Shown: piece by piece, positions 13,901 through 25,300 of the stretch | How the letters are laid out: the number at the start of each line of letters is the position of its first letter | Numbering within the stretch: the first letter of the stretch is position 1 | Source: Oculina patagonica | Taxonomy: Eukaryota | Assembly: GCF_052425735.1 (NCBI RefSeq) | Contig: NC_135763.1 | Coordinates: 5,518,001-5,582,000 of the forward strand | DNA: 64,000 nucleotides | Direction of reading: 5' to 3' | Position numbers and translations under genes: made by a program | The notes under the pieces: model-generated | Databases searched by the model: none | What the model saw: the letters and a program-made list of their open reading frames with translations, nothing else | What the model was told of the DNA's origin: nothing

Positions 13901-16900
13901 CTGGCGACAAACTCTCCTAGACAAAAACTTTATTTAAATAAACACACTGCGTTACATTTACGCTAAAAACTTCGTATCGCATCGAGGAAACTTTGCCACA
14001 AGCGAATAAACTACTGGCGAATCAACTGGCGAATTGTGAACAAATTGTGGCAACACAGCGAGTCGGTTAATTAAACAATAATTACCACGTAAATCCAGAT
14101 TAAAAATGCAGTTTACTTAACCAAGACGATCCCAAAAGTGCCTGAATATTCTTAGAAAGTCCGCGGATGTGTTGTTAGTTCCGATGAAAGTCTTGTCTTC
14201 GCTTTCACTTATCGACACTTCGCCTTCGCCTGTCTTCACTTCGCCTTTGAAGAATGATTTATATCACTGCTGTATTCTTTAGGTTTTGCTTAGCGTGTTT
14301 CTGTTGGCTTGCATTTCCATTAAGTTCTTAAAAGGCAAACTTTTGTAAAGGAACAAAACGTGTAGCCATGTTTTCAAAACATAAACTGCCGTCGGGAGCA
14401 AACTTGCCGCTCGCTTTCTCAACCTCGTTGGAAACCATTTGAATTCTGGCGCTGTAATTGGTTGAGTCGTACTACTCTAGATGCTGATTGGTTATATTTT
14501 TCACATGTGAAGAAAGCTATACGCGAAGCTGATTGGACGTATCGCTTTTTTCACATGTGAAATATAGCAAATATAGAATTCTATTTGCAAGGTTTATTGC
14601 TTAAAATTCTCGCTATATATATGATAAAATCGCATTCTGTTGAAAAAGGATTCGAGGAAATTATAGTCCACGCGTACCACATCTATGATATTATGTTTAT
14701 AATTATTGCAAAGCACGGAAGTTACCATTGCAATAACATTGATCTTATCAGTGGTTTGCTGGTCTGGCCTTTAGATAAGAACTATCTGCACGGAACATGG
14801 CAAGCACGGTCGTTATTTCAAGTTGAGATTAACGTACTTTCTTACGTATTATAGGCGTTCCTGTTCAAAAAACAGAACCTTCAGGTAAGAAACAAGCCGT
14901 AGTAGTACTTAACATTAGAGAATAAGAGTTTTTTTTCCTGAGACATGAACATAAGACATGGCTTAAGGTGCACAACGCAATGCCAGGACACAAACCAAGA
15001 CATCGCATGCTTTTACGTTTTGTCTGACCGTTCCTGCTAGTTTTATTTAACTCTTTTTCTTGAAATGTATTAAACACCTGCATTAATGAATGTTGCGATA
15101 CATCATCTCATGATCAGCGTCTAATATAAACGATGCATGCCGTATCCTCGGATATATAATAGGAACATTAATCGTTCTTCTGAAGGCTACTTACGGAATT
15201 TAAGAATCATGATGAAATTTTGGAATGAAGTTAGCATTTTGATTGCAATCCACAGGTGAAAATACTACTGGACCTTCAACCGGTAAGTTTCTTGATATTG
15301 AATGGCCACTGCATGGTCAATTACCAAGAAACCGAAAAAAGATCAAAATCTGAAATTTCCTGGAATGTAGCTCTCTCGACCTCCTCTACCCAAAACGTTT
15401 TGTTCCAAGGGCTTCGGTCGAAGACAAGGGAATTTTCACGCGTAACATTAATCAAGTTGGGACAAATGGAGGGACTGTTTACATGTATTCTAGTTACTAG
15501 ATTTTCTACTTCATTTTTTACCTAGCTATATTTGGGTCCCTTTTGTCAATGGATCAGGCAACTACTATTTGGGAGCTATTTACGCAGTTACCTAGACTAC
15601 GAACAGTCTCCCTTTTTTCCTTAGTCTGTAGACGTGAAGCAAAAAAAGAGAGCAATGCAAGTGGACAAACGGTCAGCTTTCCACTCGCGCTTTTTCTAGT
15701 TTTACTCGACGGACTTAGAAGATAAAAGGAACAGTGATCGTGCTCTAGCAGTTTGAAAGCCAAACAGAAGAAAGACTGACAATAATACCGTAAGGCTCCA
15801 CGGTGTAAAAATAATTAAAATATATTTATATTTGATAAGGATAGGTCATTTGAACAAGTAAGACCCTAAAAGTAAGGACTTTAAAGTTCAAACGAATACG
15901 TTGAATGTGTTCAATTTTTTTAGGTTTGAATTTGCCGAACATGTTTTGGAATGGTCAACCAATGGGAGCCGTTCTACCCCTTGTCCCGTCAATGGTCCCA
16001 GTGAATCCTCAGGCTCTTGGTCGTGCACCCAACATTTGGAATTACGTGATACCGATCCAGCAAAATCCAGTTGCCCCAGATCCATACACTGTACACGACA
16101 GCTCCCTAGCGTACAGCAGTGAGTGACTTTTTTTTTCGCGTGCCAATTGTACAAAGTTTGATTTACTGTAATTTAAGGTTTGTCATGGAGTGCCTAAAAT
16201 TTAATTTCCCTTTGCAATATTAACGTATTGTCAAGCAGACAGGTGTAGATAATAATGCGGTATAAGAGATTTAAAATGTCATTTTGAACGGGCGCGATCG
16301 ATCGCTCTCATTCAATTCAATGCCGCGTAATTTGATTTTACTACAGTGCTCAACGATAATTAAGCTTGACAGAAAAAAGAAGATCTGAACAGACAACAAC
16401 GTAATTTGATTTATTTTCCATTTTTCAAACGTATTTTCTTATGTTATCTCTATTTAGCAACTGAAAAAGAAACAAAACAAAAAACATCGCAAATTCTTCA
16501 TTGGCACGTAAAGCGTGGTATGTCGTTTGAGAAATCGCTGGAGCAAAATTTTTATCTGAAATGCATAACGTTAGATTTTTTCAATAAGAAGTTTAAAGAA
16601 TTTGTATACTCTGTCAGAAATTTAAAAGCATGTGCTAGAACCTTTAATATTTGTTAACCTGGTGTTCAACATGCATCCCTGATTATCAATGTCACGTTGT
16701 TTATAGCTGCGTGTGTTGATTACGACCCAGCCTGTTCTGGTTACGGTGTCAACGGATATTGTGATGGACCAGCCATTGGCTTCAGCGATGATTATTTAAT
16801 GAAGATGTGCAAAAAGAGTTGTGGCTTCTGCAAGACGTAAGTTTGATTCTAATTTATTGCTATTTATTAACCGCGGAGTAGAAACTGAAAACTGAACTTT

Positions 16901-18722
16901 GTTACGGTGCATTTGATTGCGACCATTCGGACATGGGCGGGTATGTACCACACTTTAAAAAAAGGACTGGAACTCGTCTGAAATTTTGCTTTTCAGTATA
17001 ACATCAAGCTCTCTAGCTCTATAGGTGTATCCTTGCGACGATCGATCCAGCATCCCGTTCTGGTAGTAGACGGGCAATTACTGTTGCGTAACGCAAGAGA
17101 AACCTACTATTAAATGTATGTGGTATGTGCCACTTGGCCCGACGCAGGCAATGAAAAAAAAAAAAGAAAAAATAGGGTCGGTCCACTTAAACAGAAATGC
17201 GTAATGGCTATTAAAACTCTACTTCTTCCTAACCTTTCCTAAGTACATATACATGCACATAAGTGGCTGTAATTGAACTAAAAAAGAGGGTGTAATTGAA
17301 CTGTAGTAATTTTACATTTACTACATCGATATCTAGATTAAAAACATTAAATTGATTTGTTTTCAGAGATCAAGACTTCACATCCGCTGGTATATGGATC
17401 AAGAAGACTAGAATCCCAAAGAGTTCCAAACATAAAAAAAATGCAAAACCTCCCCACCTCTAAGAAATACGAAAACAAGAAAAAAAAAATGGACATAATT
17501 TGGCGTCTACTTTTTTGTGAAGCAGGGAGCAAGTCATAACGTCAGACTTGCAGGGAAACGTTTGAGGAATTGTTCACAAGGAGGTTAAATACCGCTGGAT
17601 TTCACGATGCCAGTTCGCATATGTTCGCGAATCTTACCAGGGCAGAACCAACCTTACCAATCCAAATCTGCGTACGCGGCCCCTAAGGACTAAACTTGAC
17701 ATCGTTCAAACATAGTTATTTATTTCAGTTTTGATAATCTAGTTTTTCTAATCTCTCAAAAGGGTCTCCCCTTTACAAGCAGAAAAAAAAGAAAATGTGT
17801 TATTTTCACGTCTACACTAGTACTTGAAATCAATGTCAATTATCAATGATTTTGCTGAGATAAAACAAACTGTGAGACCATATTGCTGGAAAACTGTATG
17901 ATATCGTGATGCATGCATGCATTTGCTACTAACGCTCTCGATGGCAAAAAAAGGCGTCATGTAGTAAAAATTGGTACTAACGCTAATGTCGTACTAATTG
18001 GTTACGTTCTTCGCACATTCATTTTACGTAGAACATTCTAAACAAGTAATTAATGTTTCACGAAATGACTCATGTTCGTTGATCTACTTGTTCTGGCACC
18101 CGTCGTTCCTTATTCCTTTTAGTTGTTTACCTTAAGGGCAAATAGTCGCCCAACTAGTAATTTTTTTTCGTGGACAATACACTTCAAACAATTAAAAAAC
18201 AAAGAAACAAACGGCTCCAGTAGTTTTCGGCTCAGATGAGTCATCGGTGCCCCAATAACTCCACAACAAAGCAGTTCCTTGTTTTTCTTAGTCCGTGGAG
18301 CGTGAAACGAAAAAAAAAAAAATGCGCGAGAGGAAAAACGGCGGCCCGAAATCTTTTTATTCGCATCACACTCGACAGACGAGAAGAGAAGTTAAGAGCT
18401 GCTCAATGTCTATCCAAGAATCATCCAACTTTCTTCGTACAGCTCCTGAAATCGGGGATGGCGCTTTTCCGAAGGTAACTGCACTGAATTGGTCATTGGC
18501 TTTTAGTGTTCAAGATTGTCCATATGTTTATGATGATAAAAGTCACAAGGTTACAAACAAGAGAAATATTTATCTAATACCTTGTAAACTCGATTTCGAC
18601 CCACAGACCCTGCGCTTTAGCAGCTTCTTGAGAATTACACGTACATGTACCCGTATATATTGATATTTGCGACTTTGCTTTCTACTTTTCAGTATAAATC
18701 CTTACGACCCGCCGCACGATAA
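526..18722 (+). CDS. Gene A (5'-partial): large multi-VWA protein (collagen VI/matrilin-like VWA array, at least 8 domains) with Pro-rich linkers and a C-terminal ShKT domain, about 1800 aa within the window
   Basis: Phase-compatible GT-AG exons: 526-1083, 1949-2020, 2486-3037, 3372-3689, 4144-4689, 5389-5940, 6880-7443, 7815-7859, 8581-9126, 9957-10004, 10660-11196, 12462-13109, 15924-16118, 16707-16836 (ShKT), 17367-17389, 18443-18474, 18693-18722 (YKSLRPAAR*, AATAAA at the stop). The last three small exons are less certain; gaps may hide exons. Confidence 0.8.
2486..3037 (+). CDS. Gene A VWA exon 2
   Basis: tttag| EAKISLGFLIDGSDNVG...VFCVGVG...KIEE g|gtaggc; 552 nt, phase 1-1. Confidence 0.9.
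3372..3689 (+). CDS. Gene A Pro/Gly/Thr-rich linker exon
   Basis: ttcag| ARTSYIPPEDP...PPLVPVE g|gttagt; 318 nt, phase 1-1. Confidence 0.8.
4144..4689 (+). CDS. Gene A VWA exon 3
   Basis: cgcag| DEKLDLTFLLDGS...THVGFVVYG...IFCIGIG...IRK g|gtaact; 546 nt. Confidence 0.9.
5389..5940 (+). CDS. Gene A VWA exon 4
   Basis: tatag| DVKMELIFLLDVN...TRIGIVTYG...PKILVVITGGKSRDDV...IKK g|gtgaaa; 552 nt. Confidence 0.9.
6880..7443 (+). CDS. Gene A VWA exon 5
   Basis: cacag| AVQVDLGFLVDGSGNV...GVEIFCFGVG...VAI g|gtaatt; 564 nt. Confidence 0.9.
8276..8550. other. Assembly gap
   Basis: Run of N. Confidence 1.
8581..9126 (+). CDS. Gene A VWA exon 6
   Basis: ccaag|cag (NAGNAG acceptor) EAIDLVILIEGSNS...THVAVAVYA...IKK g|gtacgt; 546 nt. 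Confidence 0.88.
10107..10239. other. Assembly gap
   Basis: Run of N. Confidence 1.
10660..11196 (+). CDS. Gene A VWA exon 7 (highly divergent)
   Basis: tgcag| ETRLDIAFIVSNC...VPQVLIVFLAGKSDDDV...LER g|gtttgt; 537 nt. Confidence 0.85.
11863..12361. mobile_element. MITE with repeated tttcgcga subterminal motifs
   Basis: left tacctgaaattttcgcgacac / right gtgtcgcgaaaatttcatgtaataaggta inverted ends. Confidence 0.75.
12462..13109 (+). CDS. Gene A linker + VWA exon 8
   Basis: cccag| VTAPSS...PVDLVFLVEGSD...THVALVVYG...LKE g|gtcagt; 648 nt. Confidence 0.88.
13558..14627 (+). mobile_element. About 1.07-kb non-autonomous element with terminal foldback, copy 1
   Basis: Near-identical reverse complement at 25421-26718; internal hairpin about 13575-13710. 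Confidence 0.9.
15924..16118 (+). CDS. Gene A Pro-rich pre-ShKT exon
   Basis: tttag| GLNLPNMFWNGQPMGAVLPLVP...LAYS a|gtgagt; 195 nt, phase 1-1. Confidence 0.75.
16707..16836 (+). CDS. Gene A ShKT-domain exon
   Basis: tatag| CVDYDPACSGYGVNGYCDGPAIGFSDDYLMKMCKKSCGFC ...ac|gtaagt; 130 nt, phase 1-2; not in ORF track. Confidence 0.9.
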
Positions 18723-19341
18723 ATAAAATTGCCCTAATTAACCTGAAAAGGCACCTTACCATTCAACAATCCACGCCATTTCTTTCTTATTTTTGATTAT
18801 CCTCTCCGGGCACATACCGCTATAGGCCGTCCTATTTTTCTACATATATTTTTTTCTGTCCAAAAATCCGAGTTTGAACGAATATAGTTCCACTGCCAGT
18901 GTCTTCCCTCGTTGACTTGGTCTCAAGATAAACAATATGGAACAGAGTAAGTTTCAAGAAGTTAAATTAGGTAATAATTGCTATTGTTGAGTGGCTTTAA
19001 CATTTTTAACCGAACAAGCGATAATTTTGAAGTTTTTGACGACAGTTTACACATAAATGACCTGCGCTGGGCTTTAGACGTTGAAGACCTTTGCAACCTA
19101 ATTTTTAATTCATTGGTTCTTTCAAGGTGGCCTCTTGTCTTGGCAAAACACCGGCCATTCTACTCTAGTTTCTCGGCCGTCCTATCCACAGCAAAGTAAA
19201 AATTATCCCAAAGGAAAATACCATGTGACTATTCTTTGATGCACAAACATGCCACTAAGGAATGGATAGATTGGCTTTCACCCACAGACACGTATTTAAT
19301 GCGGCATTTCGACAAAGGATTCTCTGTGAGTGGGTTCAACC

Positions 19342-22300
19342 ATGTGTCTTCGATTATTGTGGAAGCTAAAAATATTTCTTCTCATAGTTTGGATTTCAGC
19401 TGTCTCAACGTTAAGGTTGAAATCAGGTTAGTGATACCTTCGTTTATCTTCGCCTACAATTCACTATTCATTCTACTAATTGTCTTTGATACAAACATTT
19501 AATAATTTACAAGTAGAGGCGTGCTAAACACTTTGACCAATTTGCTGTTTTATTGTTTTCTTTTTTCTTCCTTCCTTTATATATAAGCAATTCAAGCATT
19601 ATCTGGGCCCAACTATTCCAAACGAAAACGTTCCTAATATTTAATGCTATATACACACAAAATTACCTATTTGTTAATTTGCTACAGCCTATTTGAATAA
19701 GGGTTATTTTAAATTGATGGATCTAAAGTCACCCGTTGCTGTTGTGACTACGCATTTAATCTCAATATTTCGTCTGGCGTACTCGTTCTACCAACGCGAA
19801 ACACGAATAATTATATTTGTGATATTTTTTAAGTAAAACTGATCTAACATGAACACAGTGTAAGCATTTTCTAGAGGGCAGGGAAATGGTTTAACAGATT
19901 TGTTTGGTGATTGCAATAATTTCCGCAAATTTGTCGAGGTCAAATCAAGTACAAACACGACAGAAATATGCTACACTAGCTAATAAACACTTCTGCACTG
20001 CCTTAACAAACTGCCTTAACAAAATATGCTACACTAGCTAATAAACACTTCTGCACTGCCTTAACAAACTGAATTACAGCAAGTTTATTGTAATGAATTA
20101 TTTTACTTGAATACATTTTCTTTCGCTCTAGCAAAACACCATAAAGACCATAAAGCATCGCGGCGTTACCATGTCAACGATTACCACAACAGCTCTCTGG
20201 CTTCAAGACGAACTACGTATCGTATAAACATGCCGATGAAGGTGGCAAAACTCATTCTCCCTCAAATCACAAATAAAAACCAGGAAACAATCATCAGAAT
20301 ATTTCCAGACAAATCAGCTCCGACGCAAAATCAAAGCGGGAGTAATTACATGTTAAGCCTCAGTTATAAGAAGCTCAATGACGATAACCTTTCGAACAAA
20401 CTCAAGGTTGGGAGGCGGGCTTGCTATTACGGAAAAGGCCCAGGGTGCTGTTCATCTTGTTGTCCTTCGTGTAAGTACTTATCTTTCTGTTTATTGCCCA
20501 CGTTCGCTCTGTGGCACATTCCTGCAGGGAATCATTGGGACATCTTTTGTTTAACACAACTGCCATGTTTCCCTGCATGTACGTTTCATGGATGCAACTA
20601 GGTACTGTGCATGATATCATGTTTACTTGACTCGTTAGTCTCCAAAATATACATGTACTTGGCCTTTAAATTTGGCTGTCCTGTTGCTTTTCTGCTTTGT
20701 TTTAGTTTGCTTAGCACTTCCACTATTATTCTGCTTAACGAATATCTAAATTCAATTTACAATAGATTACTGCCAAGAGGGAGGCGCGGTGGCCTTAATG
20801 GTTAGCGCGCTCGGCTCCGAGTCGAACGGCCCGGGTTCGAGACCTGGCCGGGGCGCTGCGTTGTGTTCTTGGGCAAGACACTTTACTCTCACAGTGCCTC
20901 TCTCCACCCAGGTGTATACATGGGTACCGGCGAACTTACTGCTGGGGGGTAACCCTGCGATGGACTAGCATCCCATCTAGGGCGGAGTAGCAATACTCCT
21001 AGTCGCTTAATGCTACAGAAACCGGGATAAGCTCCGGCTGTATGGGCCACTTAGGCTCGGACACAGACTTTCCTATTTTACTGCCAAGAGCAAACATTGA
21101 AACCTGGTTTTTAATACTAAACTACACCAAGATGAAAAACTAGTGAAAGCAGACCACCAATCCTTCATTGTGCGTGGAGTTTAAATACCTCCTACTGATG
21201 TCTGATAATTTATATTTAGGAGTTTTATAAACATATTAAAGCAAAAAAACAATAACAACACCAACAACGAGTTTTTATATGCTTAAATCGCGTGAACGAA
21301 AGTAATCAATTCTTGTAGAATAATTCCCGCCTTATGGTCACCCTTGCCCTTGTATAATTACAACTAAGTAATAATAAAAGTATATTTATTTCTTGTTTTG
21401 TTTTGTTTGTTGCAGCAATGTGTAACCCTTCCATGTTACCAGGTAATATTACTAAATAAATGTGTTAAAGAAATAAAAAAAAAAAAACGCAAGTATCCAC
21501 CATCAGTTTACATGTCTGGATCAAACTTGTTCTCAGGGCTTTTCCAGGGGAACGAGGTTGTGCTTGGATGACAAAGAGGGCGTGGCTTACTTACCAAGCC
21601 TTAAAATGTTATAATCACCTCCCCCGAGGTAATAATAGCATCATAAATCGAGTTTCTCGACCAAAACTTGATAGAGGACGCGTGTAACCTAAGCCACGTG
21701 CTTTATGGAGCTATAATAAACTCGAACTGACCAATCATAGCGCGTGCATTTCTCCAAACATTGTATAAAGATATAAAGCTACTAATAAAATAAAGTAATA
21801 ATGAGCAGAACAAACGTAGGAAAGAGTATTTACTAACTCATAAGAAACCAGAGCGTTTTATGAGTTTTGCATAATTAATGCTTTTGCAATGAAAAGCGAA
21901 ATCAGGATTTGCCTTCACCACTAGCTGGCCACCGACACTAACATGTATGGTTGTTTTACGTGAATAGTTGCTTTATATTGTATACTAAAACAGTGATAAT
22001 ATTGCGCTAAAGGATTACTTTTGACTAGTTTATACCTGTCAAAAATAACCATTTTTCTCGCGCGCATTGTTCGGAGGTGAATAGCCTCCAGCGAAATATC
22101 GCGGAATATCGCCTGATACTTAGCCGACAAGGCCGTAGACCGAGTTGGCTAAAATCGGACGATATTCCGCAAGATTGAGCAGGATAATTGTTTTATTACT
22201 CAACAAATTGTCAAGGAAACACATTCTGCAGAAAGAAAAACTATAATTATGCAGCGCTCTACAAGACTTCAGACGAATCTTCGCATTCTACATATATCGC

Positions 22301-25300
22301 AGGATATCTGTTATGTACGGATGACAGATAACGTTAACATTTTGACCATATATTGGCAGAGCGCACATTTGTTGAATAATAACAAAGGATATTCGGAGTT
22401 TGAGTACGTAGCCAATCAGCGCGCGCCAAAAACGCTATTCACTGTTTAACAAATGGTAAACGTCACAGCGTGCACTATTGAGTTACAGATGCACGCGGGA
22501 GGTTGCTAAGCACGAAAGATGCGTAAGAGTCGCCCGAGGCGATAGCCGAGGGCGACTCTAGCTTCTTGAGTGCTTAGCAAACCTCCCAAGTGCATCTGTA
22601 ACTCAATAGTGCACGCTGTGACGTTTACCATTTGTTTTATAGCACAACTTTTAGGCGATTTATTAAAGTTTCTTTGAGGTAAAAGTGCGCGCGCTTATTT
22701 AAACAATTGCGTGTAGTGCTCGCGTAAGCGCTGACGAACACCCAAAAGAAAAAAAACAAACAAAACAAAGTTTTGAATTATTTCAAACTTGCATTATACC
22801 TCAAAGTCTTCAGCGTTATGGAAAAATAGGTTTCTTATGTTTAGCTTTTCAAATTCACAGGAAAATCGAGAAAACAAGTAAAAACTCGTTAAGTAGTGGC
22901 ACTTTCTTGTGCCATGTCGCAACAGATCAGCGCGCGCGCTCAAGTTGAAGCATACGTCAGCGTGCACCCATGGGCAAATAGTAGACGCTAAATTAACCAA
23001 TCAGAACGCGCGCTTTACTTTAGTTGTGCTATAATTTAGTATATACCAGAAACCCATAAGGGTTGAAACGTGTAACGCGCGCGCACAGCGTTTGAATATT
23101 CATTTTGCTAAGTACCATATTTGGAATCACGAAGAATTTGTACGCGAATGCTTTATACACGTAATGGCACACGCAACATAATTTTTGGTTTTGCGGTTGA
23201 ATTGAATTGAATTTCGACCTAAACACCGTAATTTTCTTACAGAAACTAAAGAAATACAAAAAAATTAACCAAATTTAACTTTATTCAAGCAAGCTTGTTC
23301 AAAAACAAGATTACGCCATCAAGCGCGAGCTAGCGACGCTGTGAATTTAATCCAAATATAGTAATTTTGATTGGTTAAATGTTACTCGTGATTTTCCAAA
23401 TATGGTACTTAGTGTAAAAGAATGTGCAAACGCTTTGTACAATGTGAATCATAGGGAGTTACACGTTTCAACCCTTATGGGTTTCTGTATATACTTATAT
23501 CTTCTACTTATTCGGCGCAAATTAGCATGTGAATATGATCAAATGCGCCTACATCAAGTTAATTTAAAACTTAAAAAGAAGAAAAACAAACAAATTTACA
23601 AATATTATATGAAGATATATATAAGAATACAATATATAGTAATTCACTAAATAAATTCACTAAATAAATCTTCTTCTCTACCTAAACTGATTTTACTTGA
23701 CGTTTTTCAGGATCGTGCGTCTGCTGTCCGAGTAAGTAACAGTTCTTAATTAGTTGCTGAATATTTGCAAGTTTAGTTATTGGCCCTCTGATTACCGAAG
23801 TCGTTTAATAAGTAATGTTAATCATCACACATAAATTATTTCATGCATATAGCTAAAACCTGCGCAATTTAGCAGAATCAACACATAATTTTTATATCGA
23901 TTCAAAGCCCATCGCGCGGTGAAGGGTTACACAATTCACAAATGAATTCGAAGGTTACGAGCTTGAGTTTCGTTGAAGTTTGCGATGATCTCTTTCTCTT
24001 TCGTGTTGTTAGTGCCGGTCGACATATTAGCCACTATTTACTAATTTCATATTGTTATTTTTTTATTGCATATTAAACTTCGCTTCAGTTTGTCCACAGC
24101 CACGTAAGCATGTTTTTGCTTTGCCTAACACCATAGCTATAGCTTACATACTTTTATATCTATATATTTTAATATAATGCTCAGGAAATGCCAGTAGAGT
24201 ACAATCGTGTATTAGTATTATATTATAAAAAAGCATATACATGGACTCAACTGAAATATTTTCAGCTAGTAAAATTACATTGAACAAGAGGAATTAAAGC
24301 TTCATATACTTTGATCTCTGCCCTTAAATAAGTACCGCCGATTGTTAAAATTAGTTATCTTATCTTATCTTATGACTTTTTATTCGAAAACGTTTGGTTT
24401 TTATTTGAACATATTATAGCCTTTAAACCTTAAAAAAAACATAATTTAATTGCTACCTTTATTATTCACAAAGTTATTAAAAGCTTTTGTTAAATTATTT
24501 TCAGCTTGCTGCTGCTGTTGTTGTTCCAGTTCACCACCTCCACCACCCCCTCCCCCCAAGAAGCCACCGCCTCCCCCTTGCCCTATGGTTTGTCTACCGA
24601 TTTGCCTTCCCTGCCCCAAACCACCTCCGTGCCGCCCAATATGTATACCCCGCCCGATAATCAGGCCTTGTCATCCCCCCCTGCCGCATACCCGCACCAC
24701 CAGTGACTGGACCGATCAATGGTCCATGCCTCCCGGCACCACCCATCACGGGACCGTGCCATCCACCCTGTTTACCTCAGAACCCAGTTCCACCCGTTCC
24801 GCTTCGTCCTGCTCCACCAATGATCGTAAACAGACCAGTTGTGGTAGATCATCCCTTAAAGGGCCCTCCAATATTCATAGGTAAGTTACGGCGTTATTTT
24901 AGTTGGTTGAAAAAGTTGGTGTTCTGCTAATTGGGTTCATGTAGCATTACTTTAGAGTAACGTTACTTGATGTTATTTTTTTAGTATTGAATATCACATG
25001 AACTCGAGTGCTTTTTATTCAGCTTAATTAGCTTCTTAGTTATCCCGAGTAAATTTATCTTTTTTTTGTATTAATACGTTATGTTGTGTTTTTGTCATAT
25101 TATGTAAATCTAATAAAGCGTATGTTATTGTTGTTGTTTTGCAATGGGGAATAGACCTGTTTCGCATGGTTGGTTTGTTTTCCCATTGCAGACGATGTGA
25201 TGCTCTCTAGAGAATTTTTACTTTTATCCACTTAAAATTATTCATTCATATACACGCGACTATTTTAAAATTTAAAAGCAAGAATTCTCAAGAGTATCAT

